NCBI GenBank assembly: GCA_902571865.1
Contig: CACGDO010000001.1
Coordinates: forward strand, 7,453 to 71,452
Reading direction: 5' to 3'
DNA: 64,000 bases
DNA from: an uncultured Alphaproteobacteria bacterium
GTDB taxonomy: Bacteria; Pseudomonadota; Alphaproteobacteria; HIMB59; GCA-002718135
Below the pieces are notes generated by a model. That model ran no database searches, was not told the DNA's origin, and was given only the letters and a program-made list of their open reading frames with translations. The position numbers and the translations under genes were made by a program. How positions within the stretch are numbered: the stretch's first letter is position 1; each line of letters opens with the position of its first letter. Of the stretch, positions 45,777 through 55,148 are shown piece after piece.

Positions 45777-46655
45777 ATGAAAAAAAGTATAGTTTATTCT
45801 TCAATTCTTTTATTTTTTGCTGGAATTTTTTTTGTAACAAATGATGCAATAATTAACTACCTAACACAAACAGATGTAAAATTTTATCATTTCATCTTTT
45901 ATGGAATACCCATTTATTTATGTTTCCCCTTATATTTATTTTTTAATGGAACTTTAAAAAAAAATATAAAATGCACTAATTATTTTCCACCTATTTTCAG
46001 AGGGTTTTTAAATATTCCATTGCCTTTTATTGCCTTTATAACACTTGAACAAATTAAACTTCCAGAATTCACAACATTAAATATGACTGCCCCATTGATG
46101 GGAACAATATTTGCTATTTTTTTACTGAATGAAAAATTAAATTTTTTAACATATATATCTTTGTTCATTGGTTTTTTAGGTGTGTTATTTGTTATACAGC
46201 CAGGGTTTGAAAGCTTTAATATTTATTACCTAATTGTGCTTATCGGAGTATTATTAATTACAATTACAACATTTATTGTAAATAAATATAATCATGTAAC
46301 TACAAATATTGGATATTTTCTTTATGGTGGTTTCTTTGTTCACTTTATTTCAATACCTTTATTTTTAGTGAATCCATTAAAAGTAACCCTTTTTGAATTT
46401 ATTTTAATTTCAACTGCTGCATTATTTATTAATTCAGCAATGTTTTTTGCAACTACTGCTTTTAAGATTGCACAAAAACATTATGCATCAGTATTTAGTT
46501 TGGTTTACCTCCAGGTATTATGGTCATCTTTAGTTGGAATATTTATATTTAATGAATATATGAATCTATATGCTTATATTGGAGCAATATTTATAGTTTT
46601 AAGTGGAATTGTTTCGTTACCTTCACAAATAAAACAATTAAAGGAAGCAAATTAA
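45777..46655 (+). CDS. DMT-superfamily (EamA) transporter
   Basis: I prefer the ATG at 45777 (MKKSIVYSSILLFFAG...). It has about 10 TM segments. Confidence 0.7.
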   Translation: MKKSIVYSSILLFFAGIFFVTNDAIINYLTQTDVKFYHFIFYGIPIYLCFPLYLFFNGTLKKNIKCTNYFPPIFRGFLNIPLPFIAFITLEQIKLPEFTTLNMTAPLMGTIFAIFLLNEKLNFLTYISLFIGFLGVLFVIQPGFESFNIYYLIVLIGVLLITITTFIVNKYNHVTTNIGYFLYGGFFVHFISIPLFLVNPLKVTLFEFILISTAALFINSAMFFATTAFKIAQKHYASVFSLVYLQVLWSSLVGIFIFNEYMNLYAYIGAIFIVLSGIVSLPSQIKQLKEAN

Positions 46656-47377
46656 TGTATAAAATAATTTTATTTTTATTTCTTTTCTTTTTTAGCTATA
46701 AATCTTTTTCTAACGAAGTTAAGATTTTAAATGAAACTATTGGCAATGGTTTAGAGGTAAAAAATCATTCAAAATTATCTGTTCATTACATCGGTAGACT
46801 AGAGGATAATACTGTTTTTGATAGTTCTTACGATAGGGGGCAATTTTTTGATTTTCAAATAGGAGTAAGGAAAGTAATCCTAGGTTGGGAAACTGGGTTA
46901 CTTGGTATGAGAGAGGGTGGAAAAAGAACAATATTTATTCCTTATCAATTAGCTTATGGAGAAAGTGGGGCAGGAAATTTAATTCCACCAAAATCAAATC
47001 TTATTTTTGATATTGAAGTAATAAAAGTAATTCCACCTGCATATAAGGAAATAGATGGTTATCAGTTAAAATTAGCGATGACCGATGATTTTAAAATTAT
47101 AGATATTAGAAATGAAGATCAAATAACTAATAAAAATAAAATCCCAGGAGCAATACAGATAACGGCATTTGATAAAAATGGTAATTTTTTTCAAGATTTT
47201 TTTGAAAAGTATAAAGAAAATGTTCAAATAGGAGAGAAAGTTATTTTTATAAGTCAAAATGGAGACGTATCTTCAATTTTAGCTAACGGATTTGTTGAGC
47301 AGCTTAATCAAGTAAATATTTATCATTTAAAGGATGGAGTATCAGGTTTAGAAAAAATAAATTTTGATTTTGAGTAA
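46655..47377 (+). CDS. secreted FKBP-type peptidyl-prolyl isomerase fused to a Cys-less rhodanese-homology domain
   Basis: 240 aa with a signal peptide. The FKBP core is HYIGRLEDNTVFDSSYDRG...GWETGLLGMREGGKR...FDIEV. The C-terminal IIDIRNEDQ...VIFISQNGDVSS resembles rhodanese with Gln where the catalytic Cys would be. Confidence 0.65.
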   Translation: MYKIILFLFLFFFSYKSFSNEVKILNETIGNGLEVKNHSKLSVHYIGRLEDNTVFDSSYDRGQFFDFQIGVRKVILGWETGLLGMREGGKRTIFIPYQLAYGESGAGNLIPPKSNLIFDIEVIKVIPPAYKEIDGYQLKLAMTDDFKIIDIRNEDQITNKNKIPGAIQITAFDKNGNFFQDFFEKYKENVQIGEKVIFISQNGDVSSILANGFVEQLNQVNIYHLKDGVSGLEKINFDFE

Positions 47378-47378
47378 A

Positions 47379-48182
47379 TTAAATATCTATTTTTTTATTA
47401 TTTTCAGCTGCATAATTAATAATAAATTGCCATGCTGATCTACCAGTTCTATTACCTCTTTGTAAACTCCATTTAATTGCTTCTTTTTCAGTATTATCAT
47501 TAAAAGGAAGTTTAAATTTTTCACAATACTTAAAAATTATATTAACAAAATCATTTTGAGAAATATTATGAAAGCCAATCCATAGACCAAAACGATCACT
47601 TAAGCTTATTTTTTCTTCAACACTTTCATCTGTATGAATAGCAGAAGACCTTTCATTTTCTATCATATCTCTTGGCATTAAATGTCTTCTATTAGATGTC
47701 ACATAAAGAACAATATTTTTAGGCTGATTTTGTATGCTTCCATCTAAAGTAGATTTAATTATTTTGTAATCGCTATCTATTTTTTCAAATGATAAATCAT
47801 CAATAAAAATTATAAAATTAAAATTCTTAAAATTTGCATATTTTTCATAAATAATTTCAATATCAAAAATATTATTTTTATTTAATTGTATTAATTTTAA
47901 ATTCTTATTTTTTTTATTTATTTCATTAAAAACTGATTTAATTAGTGAGCTTTTACCATTACCTCTTGATCCCCATAACAAGGCATTATTTGTAAAATTT
48001 CCTTTAGCAAAACTTATCGTATTATCATAAATAGTTTTCTTTTGTCTTTCTATTCCAATTAAAAGATCAAGATCTATAAATCTAAAATGAGTGATTATTT
48101 TGAGGTTTTTTATTTTACTATCCCAAATAAATGCATTTCCTCTTGAGAGTGTAAGATTTGATAAAAAATTGCTTAAAAACAT
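47379..48182 (-). CDS. DUF815-family AAA-type ATPase
   Basis: 267 aa with Walker A LLWGSRGNGKSSLIKS and Walker B FIIFIDDLSF. Confidence 0.7.
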   Translation of the reverse strand: MFLSNFLSNLTLSRGNAFIWDSKIKNLKIITHFRFIDLDLLIGIERQKKTIYDNTISFAKGNFTNNALLWGSRGNGKSSLIKSVFNEINKKNKNLKLIQLNKNNIFDIEIIYEKYANFKNFNFIIFIDDLSFEKIDSDYKIIKSTLDGSIQNQPKNIVLYVTSNRRHLMPRDMIENERSSAIHTDESVEEKISLSDRFGLWIGFHNISQNDFVNIIFKYCEKFKLPFNDNTEKEAIKWSLQRGNRTGRSAWQFIINYAAENNKKIDI

Positions 48183-48257
48183 TATAAATACTTTATTTGA
48201 TTTTTCTTATTACACAGTATAATAAATCTCTCAAATTAAATCATCATAGGTACTATT

Positions 48258-48599
48258 ATGGAAGCATTTGGAACATTTCTACCACTTATATTAATATTTG
48301 TAGTTTTTTATTTTTTATTAATTAGACCACAACAAAGAAAAGTTAAACAGCACAAAGAAATGCTATCCAATCTCAAAAGAGGTGATAAAATAGTTACTTC
48401 AGGTGGCATTATAGGAACTATAAATAAAGTAGCTGACAATAGGGAATTAACCCTAGAAGTTGCTGAAAATGTTGAAATAAAAATTGCATCTGGAATGGTT
48501 GCAGATTTATATGCAATGCCTGAAGTTCAAAAAAAAGAACCACCAAAAGATGATAATAAAAGTAAATCTGGCTTCTCTTTATTTTCTAGAAAAAAATAA
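48258..48599 (+). CDS. yajC: preprotein translocase subunit YajC
   Basis: 113 aa with FYFLLIRPQQRK...LKRGDKIVTSGGIIG. Confidence 0.9.
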   Translation: MEAFGTFLPLILIFVVFYFLLIRPQQRKVKQHKEMLSNLKRGDKIVTSGGIIGTINKVADNRELTLEVAENVEIKIASGMVADLYAMPEVQKKEPPKDDNKSKSGFSLFSRKK

Positions 48600-48611
48600 A
48601 TTTTTTTATTA

Positions 48612-50162
48612 ATGAAAAATTATCCCTTCTGGAAATCATTTACAGTATTATCATTAGTCTTATTAGGAATAATTTTTGCAATTCCTTCAATTATTTATGA
48701 TGAAGATTCAGAAAACTGGTTTTTAAAAAATAAGATAAATTTAGGTTTAGACTTACAAGGTGGATCATATTTATTATTAGAAGTTCAACTAGACGTTTTG
48801 TATAAAGAAGAATTAGATAATTTTGTCGATAGTGTTCGTCTGATTTCTAGAGATCAAGCTGTAAAAATTGAAAAAATTGATATTCAAGAAAATGAGGTTG
48901 TGGTTTTTTTTGGTAATAAAGAGAAGATAAAAGATATTAAAGATAGTTTTTTTCAAATGTACAGAGGAGTTACTTTACAAATTAATAACAATAAGCTCAG
49001 TATAAAGTTAAATGATGAATATAGAAAAATTATTCAAGACTCAGCAATTAAGCAATCACTTGAAATTGTTAGAAAAAGAATTGATGAATCTGGTACTAAA
49101 GAACCTTTAATTCAAAGATCTGGCAAAAAGAGAATACTTTTACAATTACCAGGAGTAAAAGACCCTGAAAGAATTAAAGATTTATTAGGTAAAACAGCCA
49201 AATTAACTTTTCACATCGTTGATAATGAGAATACATCTGCTCTTCAAAACAATTTAGCGCCTTTTGGAAAAATTATTGTCCCAGACATGTATGATGAAAA
49301 TACAAAATATCTATTAGATAAAAGAGCAGTTGTAGGTGGAGAAAATTTAGTTGATGCCAAAGGTTCATTTGATCAAACAGAAGGTCATGCAGTGTCATTC
49401 CGTTTTGATACAGAAGGTGCGCAAAAATTTGGTAAAGTTACAACAAACAATATTGGTAAAAATCTCGCTGTTGTATTAGATGGCGTTGTCATTACAGCTC
49501 CAAGAATTAGCAGTGCTATTACGGGAGGCTCTGGGATCATAACTGGAAATTTTAATGCCCAGGAAGCATCTGATTTAGCTGTTTTATTAAGAGCTGGTGC
49601 CTTGCCAGCGCCTTTAGAAATAGTTGAAGAAAGATCGGTAGGGGCTGGTTTAGGAGCAGACTCTATAGCTGCTGGTCAAATAGCTGCTATTATTGGTATG
49701 GTTTTAGTATGTATATTTATGATACTCATATATGGAACTTTTGGTGCTCTAGCTAATGTTTCATTAATTGTAAATTTATTTATAATTATTTCATTACTAG
49801 GAACTATTGGCGCAACATTAACATTGCCTGGTATAGCTGGAATTGTATTAACAATAGGAATGGCAGTAGACGCAAACGTTCTAATTTTTGAAAGAATTAA
49901 AGAAGAGAGTTTAAAACAAACAAAAGTTTTTCAGATTGTAAAAAATGGTTTCGATAGAGCGATGTCAACTATACTTGACGCCAATATTACTACTTTAATT
50001 GCTGCTGTTTTACTATTTGCATTTGGATCTGGTCCAATAAGAGGTTTTTCAATTACATTATCTTTGGGTGTGATTGCGTCAATGTTCACAGCTTTAATGC
50101 TTACAAATTTTTTAGTATATATGTACTTATCATTTGCAAATAAAAAGGAATTAAAACTATAA
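48612..50162 (+). CDS. secD: protein translocase subunit SecD
   Basis: 516 aa with LGLDLQGGSYLLLEV and a C-terminal 6-TM region ending in ILDANITTLIAA. Confidence 0.9.
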   Translation: MKNYPFWKSFTVLSLVLLGIIFAIPSIIYDEDSENWFLKNKINLGLDLQGGSYLLLEVQLDVLYKEELDNFVDSVRLISRDQAVKIEKIDIQENEVVVFFGNKEKIKDIKDSFFQMYRGVTLQINNNKLSIKLNDEYRKIIQDSAIKQSLEIVRKRIDESGTKEPLIQRSGKKRILLQLPGVKDPERIKDLLGKTAKLTFHIVDNENTSALQNNLAPFGKIIVPDMYDENTKYLLDKRAVVGGENLVDAKGSFDQTEGHAVSFRFDTEGAQKFGKVTTNNIGKNLAVVLDGVVITAPRISSAITGGSGIITGNFNAQEASDLAVLLRAGALPAPLEIVEERSVGAGLGADSIAAGQIAAIIGMVLVCIFMILIYGTFGALANVSLIVNLFIIISLLGTIGATLTLPGIAGIVLTIGMAVDANVLIFERIKEESLKQTKVFQIVKNGFDRAMSTILDANITTLIAAVLLFAFGSGPIRGFSITLSLGVIASMFTALMLTNFLVYMYLSFANKKELKL

Positions 50163-51061
50163 TGTTTGGTTTAAATAAAATTATTCCTGTTGAGCCTGAT
50201 ATAAATTTTTTAGGCTTAAGAAGAAATTTTTTAATTTTTTCTATTTTAGCAATATTAATTTCAATTGGTCTGTTAAGTATAAAAGGTTTAAATCTTGGTA
50301 TTGATTTTAAAGGAGGTACTTTAATTGAAGTAAGTACAAAAAATACTTCAATCGGTGAATTAAGAGAAATTTTATCTTCTTCTTATAGTGATGTATCTTT
50401 ACAGGAATTTGGTAATGAGAATATTATTTTAATAAGACTTCAAAATAAAAGTAATCAAGAAAGTATTGAAACAGTTAATTCTGTCAAAAATTTAATTCAA
50501 GACAAGGTTGTTGAGTTTAGAAGGTCTGAATTTGTTGGTCCTACAATTAGTTCTGAACTTCTGTTTAGAGGATTTCAAGCTGTTTCTTTTGCACTAATTG
50601 CCATTTTAATTTACATTTGGCTGCGTTTTGAATGGCAATTTGGTTTCGGCGCAGTTGTTGCATTAACTCATGATGTATTGTTTACTCTTGGATTGCTATC
50701 TATTCTTAATGTAGAATTTTCTCTTGCAACAATAGCAGCAATACTTACAATTGCTGGATATTCTATTAATGATACAGTAGTGATATTTGATAGAGTTCGT
50801 GAAAATTTAAGAAAATATAAAAAACTCGAATTAGTAGATTTATTTAACTTATCAGTTAATAACACTTTATCGAGAACTATAATGACAAGTTTAACAACGC
50901 TTCTTGCTTTAGTTTCTTTATTTATATTTGGAGGAGAGGTTATTAGACCTTTCGCTTTAACAATGATTATAGGTGTAATAATTGGTACTTATTCATCTGT
51001 TTTTATTGCGGTCCCAACTTTATTAATTTTTAAGTTCAGACCGCAAGATGAAGATGATTAA
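50162..51061 (+). CDS. secF: protein translocase subunit SecF
   Basis: 299 aa with GIDFKGGT and INDTVVIFDRVRE. Confidence 0.9.
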   Translation: MFGLNKIIPVEPDINFLGLRRNFLIFSILAILISIGLLSIKGLNLGIDFKGGTLIEVSTKNTSIGELREILSSSYSDVSLQEFGNENIILIRLQNKSNQESIETVNSVKNLIQDKVVEFRRSEFVGPTISSELLFRGFQAVSFALIAILIYIWLRFEWQFGFGAVVALTHDVLFTLGLLSILNVEFSLATIAAILTIAGYSINDTVVIFDRVRENLRKYKKLELVDLFNLSVNNTLSRTIMTSLTTLLALVSLFIFGGEVIRPFALTMIIGVIIGTYSSVFIAVPTLLIFKFRPQDEDD

Positions 51062-51654
51062 GCGTTATTTAAGTTTTCTGTAACTTTTTCCCAATTAACT
51101 AAATTATCGATAAAAGCTTTTAAATAATCAGGTCTTCTATTTCTATAATCAACATAATATGAGTGTTCCCAAACATCACATCCAAGTAGAGGAGTTTGAC
51201 CATGTACTATTGGGTTTTCTCCATTTGGTGTTTTAGTAATTTCTAATTTTCCATTATTTAGAACTAACCAACACCAACCTGATCCAAATTGACCAATGCC
51301 TGCATTTATAAAATCTTCTTTCATTTTTTCAACTGAACCAATATCTGAAACTATCTTATTTTCCAGCTCAGAGGGAATTTTTCCATCTGGATTATTTTTC
51401 ATTACTTCCCAAAAATGAACATGATTTATATGTTGTGCCACATTATTAAATATGGGAGCATTTTTTTGATAAGAGTTGATAACTATATCATTAACGTTAT
51501 CGTATGCTATATTTTGTTCTTTAATAAACTTATTTCCATTAGTAATGTAAGCCATGTGATGCTTATCATGATGCAACTCTAAAGTTTCAGCCGACATATA
51601 CGGCATTAGAGCATCTTTACTATAGGGTAGATCTGGTAACTCTAGATTTATCAT
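51058..51654 (-). CDS. sodB: Fe/Mn superoxide dismutase
   Basis: 198 aa with LPDLPY, HHDKHH and DVWEHSYY. Confidence 0.9.
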   Translation of the reverse strand: MINLELPDLPYSKDALMPYMSAETLELHHDKHHMAYITNGNKFIKEQNIAYDNVNDIVINSYQKNAPIFNNVAQHINHVHFWEVMKNNPDGKIPSELENKIVSDIGSVEKMKEDFINAGIGQFGSGWCWLVLNNGKLEITKTPNGENPIVHGQTPLLGCDVWEHSYYVDYRNRRPDYLKAFIDNLVNWEKVTENLNNA

Positions 51655-51669
51655 TTTATTTCCTTTGAT

Positions 51670-54475
51670 TTATAAAATTTTCTTTAAAAACTCACCTGTA
51701 AAGCTTTTTTTATTATTTGCAATATCTTCGGGGGTACCAGTTCCAACAATTTGACCACCATTTACACCTCCTAGAGGACCCAGATCAATTATATGATCAG
51801 CTGTTTTAATAACATCAAGATTATGTTCAATAACGATTACAGTATTACCTTCATCAACAAGAGTATGAAGAATTTTAAGTAATTTTTTCACATCATCAAA
51901 ATGAAGACCGGTAGTCGGTTCATCAAGAATATATAATGTTTTTCCTGTTGATCTTTTTGATAATTCTTTTGATAATTTTATTCTTTGCGCTTCACCACCT
52001 GATAAAGTAGTAGCTGATTGACCAATTTTTATATAATCTAATCCGACATCCATTAATGTTTGTAATTTTTGTTTTATTGCAGGAATTTTATCGAAAAATT
52101 TATAACCTTCTTCAACAGTCATTTCTAAAACATCAGAAATAGATTTATCCTTATATTTTACTTCTAAAGTCTCCCTATTATACCTTTTGCCTTTGCAGAT
52201 ATCGCACTCGACATAAACATCAGCTAAAAAATGCATTTCTATTTTTTTCACCCCATCACCTTCACATGATTCACATCTGCCACCTTTTACATTAAATGAA
52301 AAACGACCTGGTTTATAGCCTCTAGCACTTGATTCATTTAAATTCGCAAACCAATCTCTTATCGGAGTAAAACAACCTGTATATGTTGCTGGGTTTGATC
52401 TTGGTGTTCTTCCAATAGGTGATTGATCAATATCAATTACTTTATCGATATGATTAATACCTTTAAAGTTAAAACGACTTTCATCTTTATTTAAAGATTT
52501 ATTGAAATACTCATCTAACCTTTGATACAATGTATCAATAATTAATGAAGATTTACCACTTCCAGATACACCTGTAACAGTAATAAAATTTCCTAAAGGT
52601 AAAGTTATATTAAGATTATCTAAGTTGTTTGTTTTTATTTTATTAAGCTTAAAAACTTTATTTTTATTAAATTTTCTTCTATTTTTTTGGAACTTCTATT
52701 TCTAAGGATTTATTCAAATATTTTGCTGTCAAACTTTTATTATTTTTAAGTATTTTTTTAAGTCCTCCCTCTGCAATTATGTGCCCTCCATTAACTCCTG
52801 CTTTAACACCAATATCAATTATATGATCAGATTGTCTAATTGCATCCTCATCATGTTCAACAACAATTACAGTATTTCCTAAATCTCTTAATCTAAATAA
52901 AGTTTCAATTAGTTGCTGATTATCTTTTTGATGTAATCCAATAGATGGTTCATCCAAAACATATAAAACTCCTGTTAAACCTGAGCCAATTTGACTTGCT
53001 AATCTAATTCTTTGACTTTCACCTCCAGACAAAGTTTTACTAGCTCTTGCTAATGATAAATAATCTAAACCAACTCTATTTAAAAAAACTAATCTATCTT
53101 TTATTTCTTTAATAACTCCTTCAGCAATTTTTTTATTATTTTTATCAAGTTTACTTTCAAGTGATGAAAACCAGTTTAAACATTCGCTAATTGATTTTTT
53201 AGTAATATTTCCAATATGATTTTCATCAATTCTTACGGCTAAAGCTTTATCGTTAAGACGGAAACCATTGCAAACTTCACAGTCTCTTTCAGATAAATAT
53301 TTTTCTAATTCATACTGAAGCCACCATCTCTCAGTTTCCTCATATTTTCGATCAATAAAGTTAATTATTCCCTCAAAATCATATAGAAAATTTATTTCAT
53401 TATTCTCATCTCCATAAAGAATTATATTTTTTACTTTTTTTGGAATTTCACTCCATGGAAGATTTTTCTTAACTTTGAATTGTTTTAAAATTTTATCTAT
53501 TGTTTCAACAAAATATTTTTTATGATAACCAAATACTTTTGTTTCCCATGGTTTAATAGCCCCATCAGAAATTGATCTAGTCTCATCTGGCACAATCTTG
53601 TTTTCGTCAAAATATTTTTCAACTCCTAACCCATCACACTCAGAACATGCACCCTGCGGTGCATTAAAACTAAATAATCTAGGTTCAATCTCTTCAATAC
53701 TAAATCCAGACACTGGACATGCAAATTTTGATGAAAATATCGATATTTTATTCGTATCTAGATTTTCTAAATATAATAAACCATCTGATAAAGTTAACGC
53801 AACTTCTATACTTTCACTCAGTCTTTGTTGGATATTTTTTTTTACAACAAGTCGATCAATTACAACATCAATATTATGTTTAAAATTCTTTTTAAGTGAA
53901 GGCACTTCATCAATATCATAGACAACATTATCTACTTTAAGTCGTTGATAACCTCTTTTTTTTAAATCTTCGATTTCTTTTCGATATTCACCTTTTCGAT
54001 CTCTAACTATTGGAGATAAAATATAAATTCTTTTATCAATATTATTTTTAATTATAAGATCAGTCATTTCACTAACTGATTGCGATTTAATTGGTTTACC
54101 TGTTGCTGGAGAGTAGGGAACGCCAACTCTAGCATATAGCACTCTTAGGTAATCGTAGATTTCTGTAACTGTACCTACGGTACTTCTTGGATTTTTTTGT
54201 GTAGTTTTTTGTTCTATAGAAATAGCTGGTGAAAGACCATCAATACTATCTACATCAGGCTTATTCATCATTTGAAGAAATTGTCTTGCATATGCTGATA
54301 GACTCTCAACATATTTTCTTTGTCCTTCAGAATAAATTGTATCAAATGCTAAAGTTGATTTTCCTGAGCCACTTACACCTGTAATTACAACAAGTTTATT
54401 TTTTGGTATTTCTAAGTTGATATTTTTAAGATTGTGCTCTCTTGCACCTTTTATAACAATTTTATCTAAATTCAT
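51670..54475 (-). pseudogene. uvrA: excinuclease ABC subunit UvrA, reading frame broken by one extra nucleotide at a homopolymer (true pseudogene or sequencing artefact)
   Basis: The N-terminal ORF 52679..54475 (598 aa) ends ...EIEVPKK-stop. The C-terminal ORF 51670..52530 (286 aa) is in the +1 frame. That frame is already open from the break and encodes the missing segment [50 protein letters not shown]. The break is at CCAAAAAAATAG, which is T7 at 52682-52688 on the plus strand. Confidence 0.8.
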
Positions 54476-54532
54476 GAATATTAGTGTTATCTAATAACTT
54501 TAATATGTTATATGGATATATATAGAATTCTT

Positions 54533-55006
54533 ATGGTTGGTAGTGTTAATAAAACAATTTTATTAGGAAACTTAGGAAGAGATCCTGAAATTAGGTCTAT
54601 GCAGTCTGGAGCTAAAATGGCTTCATTTTCAATTGCAACTTCAAAAAGATGGAAAGATAGAAATACTCAAGAACAAAAAGAAAAAACATCTTGGCATAAC
54701 ATTGTTGTTTTTGGAGACGGCTTAGTTGATATAGTAGAAAAATACGTAAAAAAAGGATCTAAAATTTACGTTGAGGGAGAGCTTCAAACAAGGAAATGGC
54801 AAGATAAAGATGGAAATGATAGATACACCACAGAGGTCATTTTACAGGGATATAATTGTAATTTAACCCTCTTAGACAGCAGAAATACTAATTCTCAGAT
54901 ATCTGATAATTCACAAGAAATGGATCAATCTAAGCCTATTGAGGACAATTCTTTTGGAAATCAATCAGGTGATTCTGAAGATTTAGATGAGGATATCCCT
55001 TTTTAA
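54533..55006 (+). CDS. ssb: single-stranded DNA-binding protein
   Basis: I prefer the ATG at 54533 (MVGSVNKTILLGNLGRDPE). It has the acidic tail DEDIPF and is divergent from uvrA. Confidence 0.9.
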   Translation: MVGSVNKTILLGNLGRDPEIRSMQSGAKMASFSIATSKRWKDRNTQEQKEKTSWHNIVVFGDGLVDIVEKYVKKGSKIYVEGELQTRKWQDKDGNDRYTTEVILQGYNCNLTLLDSRNTNSQISDNSQEMDQSKPIEDNSFGNQSGDSEDLDEDIPF

Positions 55007-55148
55007 ATATTTTCATTAGATATTATTATTTAATTACTGAAAAATATGGTTTTTTTAATATAACTTAATTATTTATTTATATTGGTTTAAATTGTGCTTT
55101 TTGATATAAAAAATTCTTAATTTTTCTTAGAAAACTTGGATTTTTTTA

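Noticed and set aside
53598-53921. 107-aa plus-strand ORF inside uvrA. The same applies to 56153..56491, 57095..57421 and 55794..55976 inside gyrA, 19067..19342 inside htpG and 59326..59520 inside recG.
   Set aside because: All are antisense shadow ORFs within long, unmistakable housekeeping genes. I recognise no motifs in them.
54486-54498. 13-bp palindrome GTTATCTAATAAC in the uvrA/ssb divergent spacer, considered as an SOS (LexA) box
   Set aside because: The arms are only 5 bp in very AT-rich DNA, so it is likely to arise by chance. It also does not match the alphaproteobacterial direct-repeat LexA motif (GTTC-N7-GTTC) as I remember it.
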